Part shown: in pieces, positions 1 through 10,288 of the stretch
Layout of the letters: every line of letters begins with the position of its first letter
Position numbering within the stretch: the stretch's first letter is position 1
Assembly: GCF_000647975.1 (NCBI RefSeq)
Contig: NZ_JFKE01000003.1
Span: 132,206 to 196,205, forward strand
Source of the DNA: Actibacterium mucosum KCTC 23349
GTDB lineage: Bacteria; Pseudomonadota; Alphaproteobacteria; Rhodobacterales; Rhodobacteraceae
Direction of reading: 5' to 3'
DNA length: 64,000 nt
Position numbers and translations under genes: made by a program
Notes under the pieces: model-generated
What the model was told of the DNA's origin: nothing
The model's input: only the letters and a program-made list of their open reading frames with translations
Databases searched by the model: none

Positions 1-516
1 CCATGTGGCGGGCGCTTGCGGGTCGGCCAGAAAATCTTCGGTGTGTTCGGCCCGAAACCATGTGACGTCACCGATCACGCCTTCGGCCACCAATTGCCGT
101 GCGAATTGCGAGGCAGGTGTGCGGATATAGTTATAACCGACCATATTCACATGACCCTGCGCGGCACGGACCATGGCCTTGGCGTCGGTCAGCGACGCCC
201 CCATCGGTTTTTCGCAAAAGACCGGTTTGCCAAGTGCAAATGCGGCCTCGGCGATCTCGCGGTGCAGCGCTTGCGGTGTTGCGATGATGATGGCCTCTAC
301 GGCCGGATCGGCCACAAGCATTCGCCAATCGTCGGTTGCCCGTGCGAATCCTAATGCTCGACGATGCGCGTCGGCCGATTTTGGACTGCTGGCGCAGATC
401 ATTTCAAGCCGGGGACGCAGGGAAGTGTTGAACACTGCACCCACGGCAGCCATGGCCACCGCATGCGCCTTGCCCATGTAGCCGCCCCCTACAATCCCGA
501 TGCCAATTTCCGCCAT
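1..516 (-). CDS. Gfo/Idh/MocA-family NAD-dependent oxidoreductase, probably inositol 2-dehydrogenase; the C-terminus runs off the window
   Basis: Reverse-complement translation from the ATG at 516 gives MAEIGIGIVGGGYMGKAHAVAMAAV..., with a GxGxxG Rossmann motif typical of Gfo/Idh/MocA N-termini. No stop is reached before the window edge. It is adjacent and divergent to iolC-iolB-iolJ. Confidence 0.6.
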   Translation of the reverse strand, partial: MAEIGIGIVGGGYMGKAHAVAMAAVGAVFNTSLRPRLEMICASSPKSADAHRRALGFARATDDWRMLVADPAVEAIIIATPQALHREIAEAAFALGKPVFCEKPMGASLTDAKAMVRAAQGHVNMVGYNYIRTPASQFARQLVAEGVIGDVTWFRAEHTEDFLADPQAPATW

Positions 517-616
517 GTCTCCTCCGCCAGAAAATTCTTGCAACCGGTTGCAAATTTTGTAGCCTAACCCTGATCAAGGCACAAGCTGCAATCATCTTTC
601 CACGTCGGAGGGGCCC

Positions 617-1594
617 TTGTCTCAGACAAAGATTGACCTTTGGGCTGCTATCAAACGCAACCGACACCTGGTCGTTGGCCGGGCGGGGATCGACTTGTTC
701 ACCGACCCCGGCGTGGCGTTGGAGGATGCACAGACGGTGAACCTTGGCCTTGGCGGTTCGGCGGCAAACATCGCTGCGGGCATTTGCAAGCTGGGCGGTA
801 AGGCGTCGCTTTTGACCTGTGTTTCTGATGACGGCATTGGCAGTTATTGCCTGGACCAACTGGTCGGTTATGGTGTGGGTGCCGAATATGTGCGTGCCGT
901 TGCCGGAGAGAACCGAAATTCGCTGGCATTGTATGAAAGCCGGGTCGAGGGGCACCGCAGCGTCATCTACCGCAACGGCGCCGCTGACTTTCAAATGGAT
1001 CAATCGGATGTTCAGCGCGTGGACTTCGACCGGTTCAGCGGGCTTATCACCGCTGGCACGGTTTTCGCCGCCGAACCCTCACGCAGCGCCGCGTTCCACG
1101 CGATGGAGCGTGCGCATCAGGCGGGGCTGCCGGTCATCTTCGACATCGACTATCGCCCCTATTCCTGGCCATCAGCCGAAATGGCCAGCCGCGTCCTGAG
1201 CCGTGCGGCCGAGCAAAGTGATGTGATCGTCGGCAATGACGAAGAATTTGCGTTTCTCGGCGACGGGTTGTCATCAGCCCGAGGCTTAGCGCGAAACGAG
1301 CGTTTGGTCGTCTACAAGATGGGCCCCAAAGGCGCGGTGACCTTCTGGCAGGGTGAAGAGATACGCACCGGAATCTACGCCGTTGAAGCGATGAAACCCA
1401 CCGGCGCCGGAGACAGCTTTCTGGCGGGCCTTCTGACGTCAATTGCCGATGGCCACGCGTTGAAGTCGGCGATCCTGCGCGGGTCAGCCTGCGCTTCAAT
1501 CACCGTGTCCCGGCCGGGATGTGCACCTGCCATGCCGACCCCGCAGGAACTGGCCGCGTTTCTGTCCACCCACCCCGGCCCCCAGACAGGTTAG
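617..1594 (+). CDS. iolC: 5-dehydro-2-deoxygluconokinase (PfkB-family sugar kinase)
   Basis: 325 aa from a TTG start, with GGAG 7 nt upstream. The PfkB signature GAGDSFLAGLL lies near the C-terminus and the length matches IolC. It is followed by iolB and iolJ. Confidence 0.7.
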   Translation: MSQTKIDLWAAIKRNRHLVVGRAGIDLFTDPGVALEDAQTVNLGLGGSAANIAAGICKLGGKASLLTCVSDDGIGSYCLDQLVGYGVGAEYVRAVAGENRNSLALYESRVEGHRSVIYRNGAADFQMDQSDVQRVDFDRFSGLITAGTVFAAEPSRSAAFHAMERAHQAGLPVIFDIDYRPYSWPSAEMASRVLSRAAEQSDVIVGNDEEFAFLGDGLSSARGLARNERLVVYKMGPKGAVTFWQGEEIRTGIYAVEAMKPTGAGDSFLAGLLTSIADGHALKSAILRGSACASITVSRPGCAPAMPTPQELAAFLSTHPGPQTG

Positions 1595-1603
1595 GAGCTT
1601 GTG

Positions 1604-2443
1604 ATGCATATCCCCCCCTTCAATAACCAGAACCGGCCGATCGTGGGCGTCGATGACCCCACGGTACCCTTGAACTATTTCAACATTCTCCACCTGGAAC
1701 CCGGGCAAACATTTACATACCGCGTGCCGGGCTATGAAACCTGTGTCGTGCCTGCCACCGGCAGTGTAGATCTAGAAGTTGAAGGGTTTGCCGCAAGCGA
1801 TCTGGGTGGCCGGGGCATCGATGTCTGGGATGGCGAGCCCGAAGGGGCCTATGTACCATCCGGTGCCGAGACAACGATCATCGCGCGCGACAAGGCGGAA
1901 ATCTTTGTGGCTGGCGCGCGCTATGACAAGGTTCTGGACCCCTTCACCGTCCGCGCAAACGAGCTGGACCTGGTTCAATATGGTTCTGACGACACAAAAA
2001 CCCACCGGAAAATCAAGCATATACTGGGGCAAAAGCAACATGGCAAAGTCGGGCGGCTGCTGGTGTCCGAACTTTATACGGTAGGCGCCGGTGGATGGTC
2101 AGGCTTTCCCAGCCACAAGCATGACACCGACCGCCTGCCTGACGAAACACGGCATGACGAGACCTATAACTTTCGCTTTCGGCCCAAACACGGCTCGGGC
2201 TTGCAAATGCTGCAACGCGAGGACGGCCAGCCGGGCGATGCCTATCACGTGGTGGACGGTTCGACGATTTGCCTTGATCGCGGGTACCATCCCTGTGCAG
2301 TTTTGCCGGGATACGAGATGTATTATTTCACCATTTTGGGTGGATTGTCACAACGCAGCCTCGTGCAGCATTTTCAACCCAGTCATGCGGACCAAATCGA
2401 AACCATACCGGGCATCAAAGACATGATCGCCAAGTTCAAATGA
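1604..2443 (+). CDS. iolB: 5-deoxy-glucuronate isomerase
   Basis: ~279 aa, the size of IolB, placed between iolC and a class II aldolase. AGGAG lies 6 nt upstream of the ATG, and the gene sits 10 bp downstream of the iolC stop codon. Confidence 0.55.
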   Translation: MHIPPFNNQNRPIVGVDDPTVPLNYFNILHLEPGQTFTYRVPGYETCVVPATGSVDLEVEGFAASDLGGRGIDVWDGEPEGAYVPSGAETTIIARDKAEIFVAGARYDKVLDPFTVRANELDLVQYGSDDTKTHRKIKHILGQKQHGKVGRLLVSELYTVGAGGWSGFPSHKHDTDRLPDETRHDETYNFRFRPKHGSGLQMLQREDGQPGDAYHVVDGSTICLDRGYHPCAVLPGYEMYYFTILGGLSQRSLVQHFQPSHADQIETIPGIKDMIAKFK

Positions 2444-3273
2444 CGCGCGCCACGCTGGCCGACGTTCTGCAACCTGCCCTGCGGGGCGGCTATGCCGTTG
2501 CAGGTTTGGTTTGCCTTGGATGGGAAGACGCGCGCGCCTATGTCGTCGCGGCCGAGGAGGAAAATTGTCCCGTCATCCTGCTGATCGGACCGGGATGTCG
2601 AGCCCATACGCCGTTGCACGTGCTTGGGGCCATGTACGGCCATCTTGCGGAACGATCGCAAGTTCCCGTTGTAACCCTACTTGATCACGGCGCCTCGGCC
2701 GAAGAATGCCGCGCCGCGCTCGAGGCCGGGTTTACATCGGTGATGTATGACGGCTCGGCCCTGCCTTTCGCTGAAAACGCTGCCCGGACCGCGGCGATTG
2801 CCGAAATGGCCCATGATCTGGGCGCGTCGTGCGAAGGGGAGATCGGGTTTGTCGGCTACGCTGAAGGCGCCGCCTCGACGGGAACGGATCCCGACGAAGC
2901 CGCCGAGTTTGCAGCACGGACTGGTGTGGACGCATTGGCGGTTTCCGTTGGCAACACGCATTTGTCCCCGGATCAATCGCGCCCCGTAAATACCGAAAAA
3001 CTTGCGCAAATCGCCGAACAAACGGATGTACCGCTGGTGATCCATGGCGGCTCGGGTGTGCCAGCATATCAGCGACAGAACTTGGCCCGCCATACACCTG
3101 TCTGCAAGTTCAACATCGGCACCGAATTGCGGCAGGTCTTTGGGCAAGCCCTTAGGCAAAAACTGGCTGCAGACCCTGAGAATTTCGACCGGATTGACAT
3201 CCTGTCAGCCACTCATGACCCCTTGGTCAGTGCCGCCCGGAAGGTGATGCGCAATCTCGGGCCGGCGCGCTAA
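2440..3273 (+). CDS. iolJ: class II ketose-bisphosphate aldolase, IolJ-like (6-phospho-5-dehydro-2-deoxy-D-gluconate aldolase)
   Basis: 277 aa of the class II FBP-aldolase family (VIHGGSG, DGS motifs). The ATG overlaps the iolB stop codon as ATGA. The iol context is the basis for the IolJ call. Confidence 0.6.
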   Translation: MTRATLADVLQPALRGGYAVAGLVCLGWEDARAYVVAAEEENCPVILLIGPGCRAHTPLHVLGAMYGHLAERSQVPVVTLLDHGASAEECRAALEAGFTSVMYDGSALPFAENAARTAAIAEMAHDLGASCEGEIGFVGYAEGAASTGTDPDEAAEFAARTGVDALAVSVGNTHLSPDQSRPVNTEKLAQIAEQTDVPLVIHGGSGVPAYQRQNLARHTPVCKFNIGTELRQVFGQALRQKLAADPENFDRIDILSATHDPLVSAARKVMRNLGPAR

Positions 3274-3276
3274 AGT

Positions 3277-5310
3277 TCAGCGTAACTCGGCCTCGGTGTT
3301 ACCGCCATCCACTGTCACCACATGGCCTGTGGTCCGCTCCATCAGCGCCAGATTGACGAAGCCATCGGCGACGTGGCGCGCTTCAACTTCACGGCCCAAC
3401 AGGTTGCCACCCATATATGTTTCCTCGCTGACACCGCGCGCGGCAGCGCGTTCCTTGATGAAATCGTCGGTCAACAAGCCTGACCGGATACGGTCGGCAT
3501 TCATGCCGTTCACACGGATGCCAGAACCGGCCAGTTCCAACGTCAGTTGCCGCATAAGGAACAGGGTCGCCGCCTTTGGCGTGCCATATGCGCCCATGTT
3601 CTTACCCGGATTGATCGCCTGTTTGGAAATATTGAACAGAATTTGCCCCCCACGCCCCTGTGTCTGCATAAGTTTTGCAGCAGTCGTCGCAAAATTCTTG
3701 TGGGCAAAGAAGTTTAGCTCGAACGCCTTGCGGAACGCCGCATCATCAAGGTCCAGCATCGCACCGCCTGTGGCGGAACCAGCGTTCGACACCAAAATGT
3801 CCAGCCCGCCAAAGGCAGCAATCGCGGCTTGCACCGCGGCCTCGGCGGCACCCGAAACTGTGATATCCGCAGCGTGGGTTGCATGCCACTTCCCAAGGCT
3901 TTCCAGCGATTTATCAAGTGCACCTTGGTCCATATCAACCAGCAGGATATTAGCACCTTTCGCCGCAAAAGCCTTGGCCGTCGCCAATCCGATGGCCCCG
4001 GCCCCGCCGGTCACCATCACGACCTTCCCCTGAAATGGCGGTGGCGTTCCTTTGCCCATCTTGGCCTGTTCCAGCGACCAGTACTCGCAATCAAACTGGT
4101 CTTTTTCGTTCAACGGGTAAAACCCGCCGGCGTCCTCGCCAACGGCACGCACGCGGATATTCTGCTCTGCCAAGTCCGCCGCGGCCGAGGCCGCCTTGGC
4201 ATTGCCGCCCATGCCGACAAGACCAATCCCTTCGATCCATGCGTGTTTGGGATCAGGCGTCAGCAGCTTTTTGGGCTCGTTGGCATTTGGCGCCTGGCGG
4301 TCAAAATAGGCGCGATAGTCGTTTGCAAATGCCTCGACCTTGGCCTTGATCGCGTCGCGGCTGACCAAATCTGCCTTGCGCAGGATCAGCGGCTGACCCT
4401 TGGTGCGCAGAACATGATCGGGCGAGGCCATACCACGCTTTGCAAGGGCCTCGATATCGTCGCGCAGCATGAACTCATGTGTCGCCGGCCCGTTGCGCAG
4501 ATCAAAAACCGGCATCGCTCCGTCGCGGTCTGCCGTCACCTCGGCGATCACACCGCGCAGAACAGGCAAGGCGTCCAATCCGGCTGCTGGCACGCGTTCA
4601 CCGATGGGTGTAAGACTGTTCAGCCCGAAATAGGCCGCAACCTCGTTGGAATGGCGCACAATCGTGTCATAACTTTCCTTGGCAGTGCCGCCAAAGGCAA
4701 AATGGCCGTGCTGGATCAGCAAAAGCCCTTCGACATCGGGGTTTTGCTCGTAAACCTCCGCGGCCTTTTTGGCCAGCCCGAAACCCGGCATGATATAGGG
4801 CACAATGCCCAGCCGGTCACCAAAGATTTCGCGACAGATATCCGCGGCATTTGGCAGGTTTGCCAAGACCAGGAAGGGCGTGGCATGAGTGTGATCAACG
4901 TATTTATGCGGCAGGAATGCGTGCAGCAAGGTTTCCACTGACGGGTTTGGCGACGCCGAGTTCAGCAGGCTTGAGCGCTGATAGTTCACCATGTCCTCGT
5001 CCGACATTGCATCCAGCGCCCGCAGTTTCAACAACGGGTCGAGCCACACACCCGGCAATCCCGGTGCCTCGATCACGTCCAGGTCCCAGCCTGACCCTTT
5101 AACATGCAACACCCGCTGCATATTGCCGAAGATATCAGGCCGTTCCAATTTGACCGAGGTATTGCCACCGCCATGCATCAAAAGGTCGGGGTTCTGGCCA
5201 ATCAGGCGCGAGGTATAGACACGCTCTCCCAGTTCCTGATCTGCTGGATCATCGCCTGCATTGCTGCGCCATTCTGCGGCTTTGGCGGCGTCGTACCAAT
5301 TCTCAATCAT
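3277..5310 (-). CDS. bifunctional class II aldolase/adducin-domain + short-chain dehydrogenase/reductase protein (rhamnulose-1-P aldolase/SDR family)
   Basis: 677 aa. The N-terminus carries the LMHGGGNTSVK aldolase motif. The C-terminal ~250 aa is an SDR, with Rossmann VMVTGGAGAIGLATAKAF and catalytic YGTPK. It is the last gene of the mtnK-mtnA-sorC operon. Confidence 0.75.
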   Translation of the reverse strand: MIENWYDAAKAAEWRSNAGDDPADQELGERVYTSRLIGQNPDLLMHGGGNTSVKLERPDIFGNMQRVLHVKGSGWDLDVIEAPGLPGVWLDPLLKLRALDAMSDEDMVNYQRSSLLNSASPNPSVETLLHAFLPHKYVDHTHATPFLVLANLPNAADICREIFGDRLGIVPYIMPGFGLAKKAAEVYEQNPDVEGLLLIQHGHFAFGGTAKESYDTIVRHSNEVAAYFGLNSLTPIGERVPAAGLDALPVLRGVIAEVTADRDGAMPVFDLRNGPATHEFMLRDDIEALAKRGMASPDHVLRTKGQPLILRKADLVSRDAIKAKVEAFANDYRAYFDRQAPNANEPKKLLTPDPKHAWIEGIGLVGMGGNAKAASAAADLAEQNIRVRAVGEDAGGFYPLNEKDQFDCEYWSLEQAKMGKGTPPPFQGKVVMVTGGAGAIGLATAKAFAAKGANILLVDMDQGALDKSLESLGKWHATHAADITVSGAAEAAVQAAIAAFGGLDILVSNAGSATGGAMLDLDDAAFRKAFELNFFAHKNFATTAAKLMQTQGRGGQILFNISKQAINPGKNMGAYGTPKAATLFLMRQLTLELAGSGIRVNGMNADRIRSGLLTDDFIKERAAARGVSEETYMGGNLLGREVEARHVADGFVNLALMERTTGHVVTVDGGNTEAELR

Positions 5311-5358
5311 CGTCCAAGTCCTTGCTGTTCCGGCACTTTTGGCCGTGCATCATATTGT

Positions 5359-6306
5359 TCAGGCCCGCGCCATCAGGTCGCGCGCGGTAGAAACGTCGGT
5401 GACAAAATGGCTGACATAGCCCCCCAGGATCGCCGCGCGGGCTGGCGCGGCCCGGTCAATCCCCGAGGCGACAAGCAACCCGGTTTCCTTGTTCTGCATC
5501 TCGGGCAGGGTGACGCCGATCATGCGTTCATCCACCTCGGCCGGGATCGGCGCACCATCGGCGTCGATGAACCGGCCGCAGATCACAGCCGCTGCACCTT
5601 TCCTGCGAAACGCGCGCAATTCATCCTGGGTTACAACACCCGAGGCGACAACGTGGCTGTCTTCGGAACAACTCCCGGCGGCGAAAATGGTCTTATTGCA
5701 ATGGCGCACGGCTTGCAGCTGCTGGGCAATCACCGGTTCCCGAGACAATTGATAAGCCAAGTCAGCGGTCGACAACACAAGCGGTGCGTGCAGGTTCACG
5801 CATTCGGCCTGAAACGCGCGCGCGAGGTTGGCCGAACAGGTCTCTGCGGCAAAGCCCAACGGCGTGACCTGCGAGCCAACCAGTTGCACCACCGTCAACC
5901 CTTCGATGGGTGCGCGGCTGGCGACTTCGGCCACCTCATAGACGGTTTGCCCCCACGACACGCCTAGCCGGTCGCCCGAGCTCAACAGCTTTGGCAGCCA
6001 ATCCGCAGCAGCCTTTGCCACGCGCCGCAGCGAGCTGTCGGGGGTTGGTCCATCTGGCACCACCAAAGCTTGTTCAAGGTTAAACGCATCGGCCAATTCA
6101 CGGCCCAGTTGATGCTCCATGAACACGTCAGGATGCATGGTGACGCGCACATATCCGCGCGCGCGCGCCTCGGCCAGATAGTTCACAACCGACGCCCGGC
6201 TAACCTTTAGCATCGCCGCGATCTCGGACTGCTTCATGCCATCCTGATAATAGGCCCAGGCGGCCTGTGTGATCAGTTCCAGGTTGGCGGCATCCGTCTG
6301 CGGCAT
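5359..6306 (-). CDS. SorC/DeoR-family sugar-binding transcriptional regulator
   Basis: 315 aa. The N-terminal HTH (SEIAAMLKVSRASVVNYL) is followed by a SorC-type sugar-phosphate-binding domain. The gene overlaps the mtnA stop codon. Confidence 0.7.
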   Translation of the reverse strand: MPQTDAANLELITQAAWAYYQDGMKQSEIAAMLKVSRASVVNYLAEARARGYVRVTMHPDVFMEHQLGRELADAFNLEQALVVPDGPTPDSSLRRVAKAAADWLPKLLSSGDRLGVSWGQTVYEVAEVASRAPIEGLTVVQLVGSQVTPLGFAAETCSANLARAFQAECVNLHAPLVLSTADLAYQLSREPVIAQQLQAVRHCNKTIFAAGSCSEDSHVVASGVVTQDELRAFRRKGAAAVICGRFIDADGAPIPAEVDERMIGVTLPEMQNKETGLLVASGIDRAAPARAAILGGYVSHFVTDVSTARDLMARA

Positions 6307-6309
6307 TTG

Positions 6310-7401
6310 TCAGCCAGCCTTATCGGGAAAAAGCGCGGCCAGCCCTTCGAAACTGGCCTCGCAAATGCCGCGCTCGGTGATCAGCCCGGTGACCAGCCGG
6401 TTTGGTGTCACGTCAAAGGCCGGGTTACCCGTTCCTGCCCCTTCGGGCGTTACGCGTACATCGCCGATGCCAGCGTCGGTCATACCAAGTACATGCGAAA
6501 TCTCGCGGGAAGGACGTTCCTCGATCGGGATCTCGGCCACGCCGTCGTTGATAGACCAGTCAATCGTCGGCGATGGCAAGGCCACATAGAAGGGCACCTT
6601 GTTGTCCCGCGCGGCCAAAGCTTTCAGGTAGGTGCCAATCTTGTTGCACACATCGCCGCGCGCAGTGGTTCGGTCTGTGCCGGTGATCACCAGGTCAACC
6701 ATCCCGTGCTGCATCAAATGGCCGCCCGCATTGTCGACAATGTATTGGTGACTGATCCCAGCTTCGCCCAGTTCCCATGCGGTCAGCGCGCCCTGGTTTC
6801 GCGGACGCGTTTCATCGACCCAAACGTGGATCGGAATGCCAGCGTCCTGCGCGTGATACATCGGGCTGGTGGCGGTGCCCCAATCCACCGTAGCCAACCA
6901 ACCCGCATTGCAATGTGTCAGCAAGTGCACCGGCTCGCCCTCTGGTTTGCTGGCGGCAATCTCGCGGATCAGGGCAAGGCCGTTTTCGCCAATGCGACGG
7001 TTGATCTCGACGTCTTCCTCAACCACCTCTTCCGCAAGCACCCATGCCGCCGCCGCCCGGCTTTCGATCGCCAAAGGCGACAGCGCTGACTTGCACCGGT
7101 CCAGCGCCCACTTCAGGTTCACAGCCGTAGGCCGGGTGGCGTTCAGCACCTCGCAGGTTTCGGCCAGGTTTGCATCTGACGGGTCTCGCGTCACCGCCGA
7201 AGCGACGCCATATGCTGCTGTTGCCCCGATAAGCGGCGCACCCCGCACCCACATATCACGTATCGCCACCGCGAACTCGTCGAGGGTGTTCAGCGTAACG
7301 ACCTTAAACTCGTGCGGCAGCCAGCGCTGATCGATAATCCGCACTTCGCCACTGTCGCCATCGCGCCAGATCGACCGGTAATGCGTGCCACCTACTTTCA
7401 T
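6310..7401 (-). CDS. mtnA: S-methyl-5-thioribose-1-phosphate isomerase (MtnA/eIF2B-related family; could equally be a 5-deoxyribose-1-P isomerase)
   Basis: 363 aa with the eIF2B/MtnA signature [21 protein letters not shown]. Its start overlaps the mtnK stop codon as ATGA. Confidence 0.8.
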   Translation of the reverse strand: MKVGGTHYRSIWRDGDSGEVRIIDQRWLPHEFKVVTLNTLDEFAVAIRDMWVRGAPLIGATAAYGVASAVTRDPSDANLAETCEVLNATRPTAVNLKWALDRCKSALSPLAIESRAAAAWVLAEEVVEEDVEINRRIGENGLALIREIAASKPEGEPVHLLTHCNAGWLATVDWGTATSPMYHAQDAGIPIHVWVDETRPRNQGALTAWELGEAGISHQYIVDNAGGHLMQHGMVDLVITGTDRTTARGDVCNKIGTYLKALAARDNKVPFYVALPSPTIDWSINDGVAEIPIEERPSREISHVLGMTDAGIGDVRVTPEGAGTGNPAFDVTPNRLVTGLITERGICEASFEGLAALFPDKAG

Positions 7402-8660
7402 AGGAAATCCTCCCCGTTGAACTGCCTTGCGATGTCTGACAGCCTCCGGACATCTGCCACCATGTCACGGCGCAAGATCAGATCGCGCCCCATCATAAGG
7501 TTGCGCGCCTCAAGCGGGGCGCGAATGGCAACGTCATCGATGGCCTCAAAATCAGCGTTGTGGGCCAGCGACAGGATACGGCGGTGCATCTCGATCCCGC
7601 AAAAGCCCAGCGCATCCGACCAAATCTCGTCCAACAGCGCATCGCGTGCGTTATCGGAACTATGCCCCTGATCTTCGAATTGTGAGCGGTCATAAAGCAT
7701 ACCGGTCCGCTCGGCCGCCCAGAGGGCTTTGAACTCGGCCATGAATGTATCCACGGTCTCGATAATTACCTGCAGAATCCACTCCTGATACGCGTTCAAG
7801 CTGTCGGCGGACCTATGGGCGGGTTGACTGAAATAGGCCATCAGGTAGTTGGCGACCAACATCCCCAAATCGAAGCCCATGGGACCGTAGAACACAAACT
7901 CTGGATCGATCACGCGGGTTTGGGTGTCTGTGCACATGGCCGAACCGGAATGCAGATCACCGTGGCACATGGTTTCCGCCTTGGCCGAAAACGTGCGGAA
8001 CAGATGCTGCACCTGTTCCTTCATCGCAACGTCGCTGCGCAAATGTGCGACCACGGGGTCCAACCCCTTGGTGTGGTGGTTCATCTCGGCGGCAAAGTAT
8101 GGATCGCGAAAAATCAGAGCCTCGGTAATCGCAGGTATTTCGACGCTGCCTGAAAACAGCGCAAGATCGGCCTTCTTTTCCGCGGATTTCATGCAAAGTT
8201 CCGATCCGCGAAACGCCGTTCGCGCGCAAAACTCACCCAACCTCTGGCCCAAACCGGCGACCTGTTCTCCGGCAATCAGCTTGGTGCGCAGAATCACATG
8301 CGGGCTGAGATACTCCATCACGATCAGGGCCTGCACCTCGTCAAAATGGTAGATCTCGGGCACGGATCCGGGATCGCGTGTGGCCTGCCGTGTCAGGGCG
8401 TGAAACTCGTAGAACGCGCGATAAAGCGGCAATGGCCAGCTGTCGCCAACCAACCGCACATAGGGCAGCGCTTGCTTTACAATTACGGCGCCATCCGGGC
8501 CGGTTACGATAAAAACAAGGTTCAGATTACCGTCGCCAACCTCGGTCACCGACCAGCCTGCCGGATCGCCGCCAACGCGGTCTGTCACAGCGGAAACCTG
8601 ACCCAATCTTGGGATCAGATTTTCGACGGTCAGGGCCTCGTATTCCGCGTCTTCGCTCAT
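7398..8660 (-). CDS. mtnK: 5-methylthioribose kinase-family protein
   Basis: 420 aa with the aminoglycoside-phosphotransferase-like motif HGDLHSGS and MtnK-like length. It is the first gene of a four-gene minus-strand operon. Confidence 0.8.
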   Translation of the reverse strand: MSEDAEYEALTVENLIPRLGQVSAVTDRVGGDPAGWSVTEVGDGNLNLVFIVTGPDGAVIVKQALPYVRLVGDSWPLPLYRAFYEFHALTRQATRDPGSVPEIYHFDEVQALIVMEYLSPHVILRTKLIAGEQVAGLGQRLGEFCARTAFRGSELCMKSAEKKADLALFSGSVEIPAITEALIFRDPYFAAEMNHHTKGLDPVVAHLRSDVAMKEQVQHLFRTFSAKAETMCHGDLHSGSAMCTDTQTRVIDPEFVFYGPMGFDLGMLVANYLMAYFSQPAHRSADSLNAYQEWILQVIIETVDTFMAEFKALWAAERTGMLYDRSQFEDQGHSSDNARDALLDEIWSDALGFCGIEMHRRILSLAHNADFEAIDDVAIRAPLEARNLMMGRDLILRRDMVADVRRLSDIARQFNGEDFL

Positions 8661-8711
8661 GCCGCTCCCCGTTGGTTGGAATGGTGGTCTTTCACTGTCT
8701 TCGCGACTCGA

Positions 8712-8744
8712 TTGTCATTTGTCAAGGATGTTGACAAATGACAC
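8712..8744. promoter_or_regulatory. near-perfect inverted repeat TTGTCATTTGTCAA-GGATG-TTGACAAATGACA in the divergent mtnK / ABC-transporter intergenic region; candidate operator
   Basis: Read directly from the sequence. The 13-14 bp arms match 13 of 14 positions, separated by a 5 bp spacer. The repeat lies between the divergent start codons at 8660 and 8779. Confidence 0.4.
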
Positions 8745-8778
8745 CGGTCCGCCAATCATGCCGCCAGGGAGGCATGTT

Positions 8779-10287
8779 GTGAACACCATCGTTTGCAAAG
8801 TATCGGGGTTGGAAAAAGCGTTTGGGCCCAACAGGGTTCTGCGCAATATCGACCTTGAATTGCCTAGTGGGCAGGTCACCGTGTTGATGGGGGCCAATGG
8901 TGCCGGCAAATCGACGCTGGTGAAGGTTCTGTGCGGCGTGCACGAACCGGATACCGGCCAGATAACTCTTTTTGATCAACCCTTTACTCCACATTCCCCG
9001 CGCGACGCCTTCGCAAAAGGGGTGGTCACGGTGCACCAGTCGATCAATGACGGCGTCGCGCCCGATCTGGACGTGGCCTCGAACCTTATGATCGACCGCC
9101 TGACAGAATCGCGAGGCTTTTTCCTGTCAGACCGGGCCCTGCGTCGCGAGGCGCGCAAAATCGCCGAAGCGATGCAGTTGGGGTTGGATGTACGCGCGCC
9201 GGTCTCGTCGCTGGGCGTGGCTGACCGGCAAATGATCGCGATTGCACGTGCAATGGTGCGCGAACCCAAAGTTCTGATCCTGGACGAGCCGACCTCTTCC
9301 TTGTCCGCGGCCGAATCCGAGCGATTGTTTACCCTGATTGACCGTCTGCGCGCGACCGGGGTGGCGATCCTCTATATCTCGCATCGCCGATCCGACATTC
9401 AGCGGATCGCCGACCGCATTGTATCGATGCGCGACGGGCGAATTGCCGGGGTTTTCGAGGAAACGCCGCTGGATTACGAAGGCGCGGTGACTGCCATGCT
9501 GGGCCACGCCATGACAGATGTGCCCGTGCGCCCGACTGCACCTGGCGCGCCGGTGTTGCACATCGAGAATCTGTCGATGCAACCTGGCGGACCTGCAATA
9601 AACCTGACAGCCCACAAGAACGAGGTGATTGCTGTCACCGGCCTGCTTGGCAGTGGGAAATCGCGCCTTGCTTCGATCTTGTTTGGATTGGAAAAACCGG
9701 CAATTGGTCGTCTGACGCTGAACGGTGCGCCCTACGCGCCGGCCAATCCAGCCGAAGCCATCCGCGCCGGCGTGCATTTCAGCCCAAAAGACCGCGCGTC
9801 GAACGGAGTTGTTCCCGAGTTTGACATCACCAACAACCTGACCCTGCCCTTCCTCAAGAATTTCTCACGTTTGTCGATGCTGGGCCGGGGCGGCCAGCGC
9901 GCGGCAACCCGATCAATGATCGAAACGCTGGGCGTGGTTTGTCAGGGCGAAACCGATGGAATCGGCACGTTGTCAGGCGGCAACCAGCAAAAAGTGATGG
10001 TGGGGCGGTGGCTGAGCCAACCTTGCGCGCTGTTGGTGCTGGACGAGCCATTTCAGGGCGTAGACATCAAGGCGCGCCGCGACATCGGCGAGCACATTCG
10101 GCAAACAGCGGGTCAGCGCGCCACGATTGTCTTTGTCGCCGAGATCGACGAGGCGCTGGAAATTGCAGACCGCATTGTTGTGCTGAACGAACAGGCCCTG
10201 GTGGGTGAACACAAAAATGAAAACATCGAATTGGCGACGCTGATGGCCCAGATTTCCGGGCGGTCCGAGGCCATTCTGGGGGCATAA
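8779..10287 (+). CDS. sugar ABC transporter ATP-binding protein with duplicated ABC domains (CUT2 family, RbsA/MglA-like)
   Basis: The GTG start has GGGAGG 6 nt upstream; an alternative ATG lies at 8758. Two Walker A motifs are present (GANGAGKST and GLLGSGKS), along with two LSGG signatures. Confidence 0.8.
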   Translation: MNTIVCKVSGLEKAFGPNRVLRNIDLELPSGQVTVLMGANGAGKSTLVKVLCGVHEPDTGQITLFDQPFTPHSPRDAFAKGVVTVHQSINDGVAPDLDVASNLMIDRLTESRGFFLSDRALRREARKIAEAMQLGLDVRAPVSSLGVADRQMIAIARAMVREPKVLILDEPTSSLSAAESERLFTLIDRLRATGVAILYISHRRSDIQRIADRIVSMRDGRIAGVFEETPLDYEGAVTAMLGHAMTDVPVRPTAPGAPVLHIENLSMQPGGPAINLTAHKNEVIAVTGLLGSGKSRLASILFGLEKPAIGRLTLNGAPYAPANPAEAIRAGVHFSPKDRASNGVVPEFDITNNLTLPFLKNFSRLSMLGRGGQRAATRSMIETLGVVCQGETDGIGTLSGGNQQKVMVGRWLSQPCALLVLDEPFQGVDIKARRDIGEHIRQTAGQRATIVFVAEIDEALEIADRIVVLNEQALVGEHKNENIELATLMAQISGRSEAILGA

Positions 10288-10288
10288 C

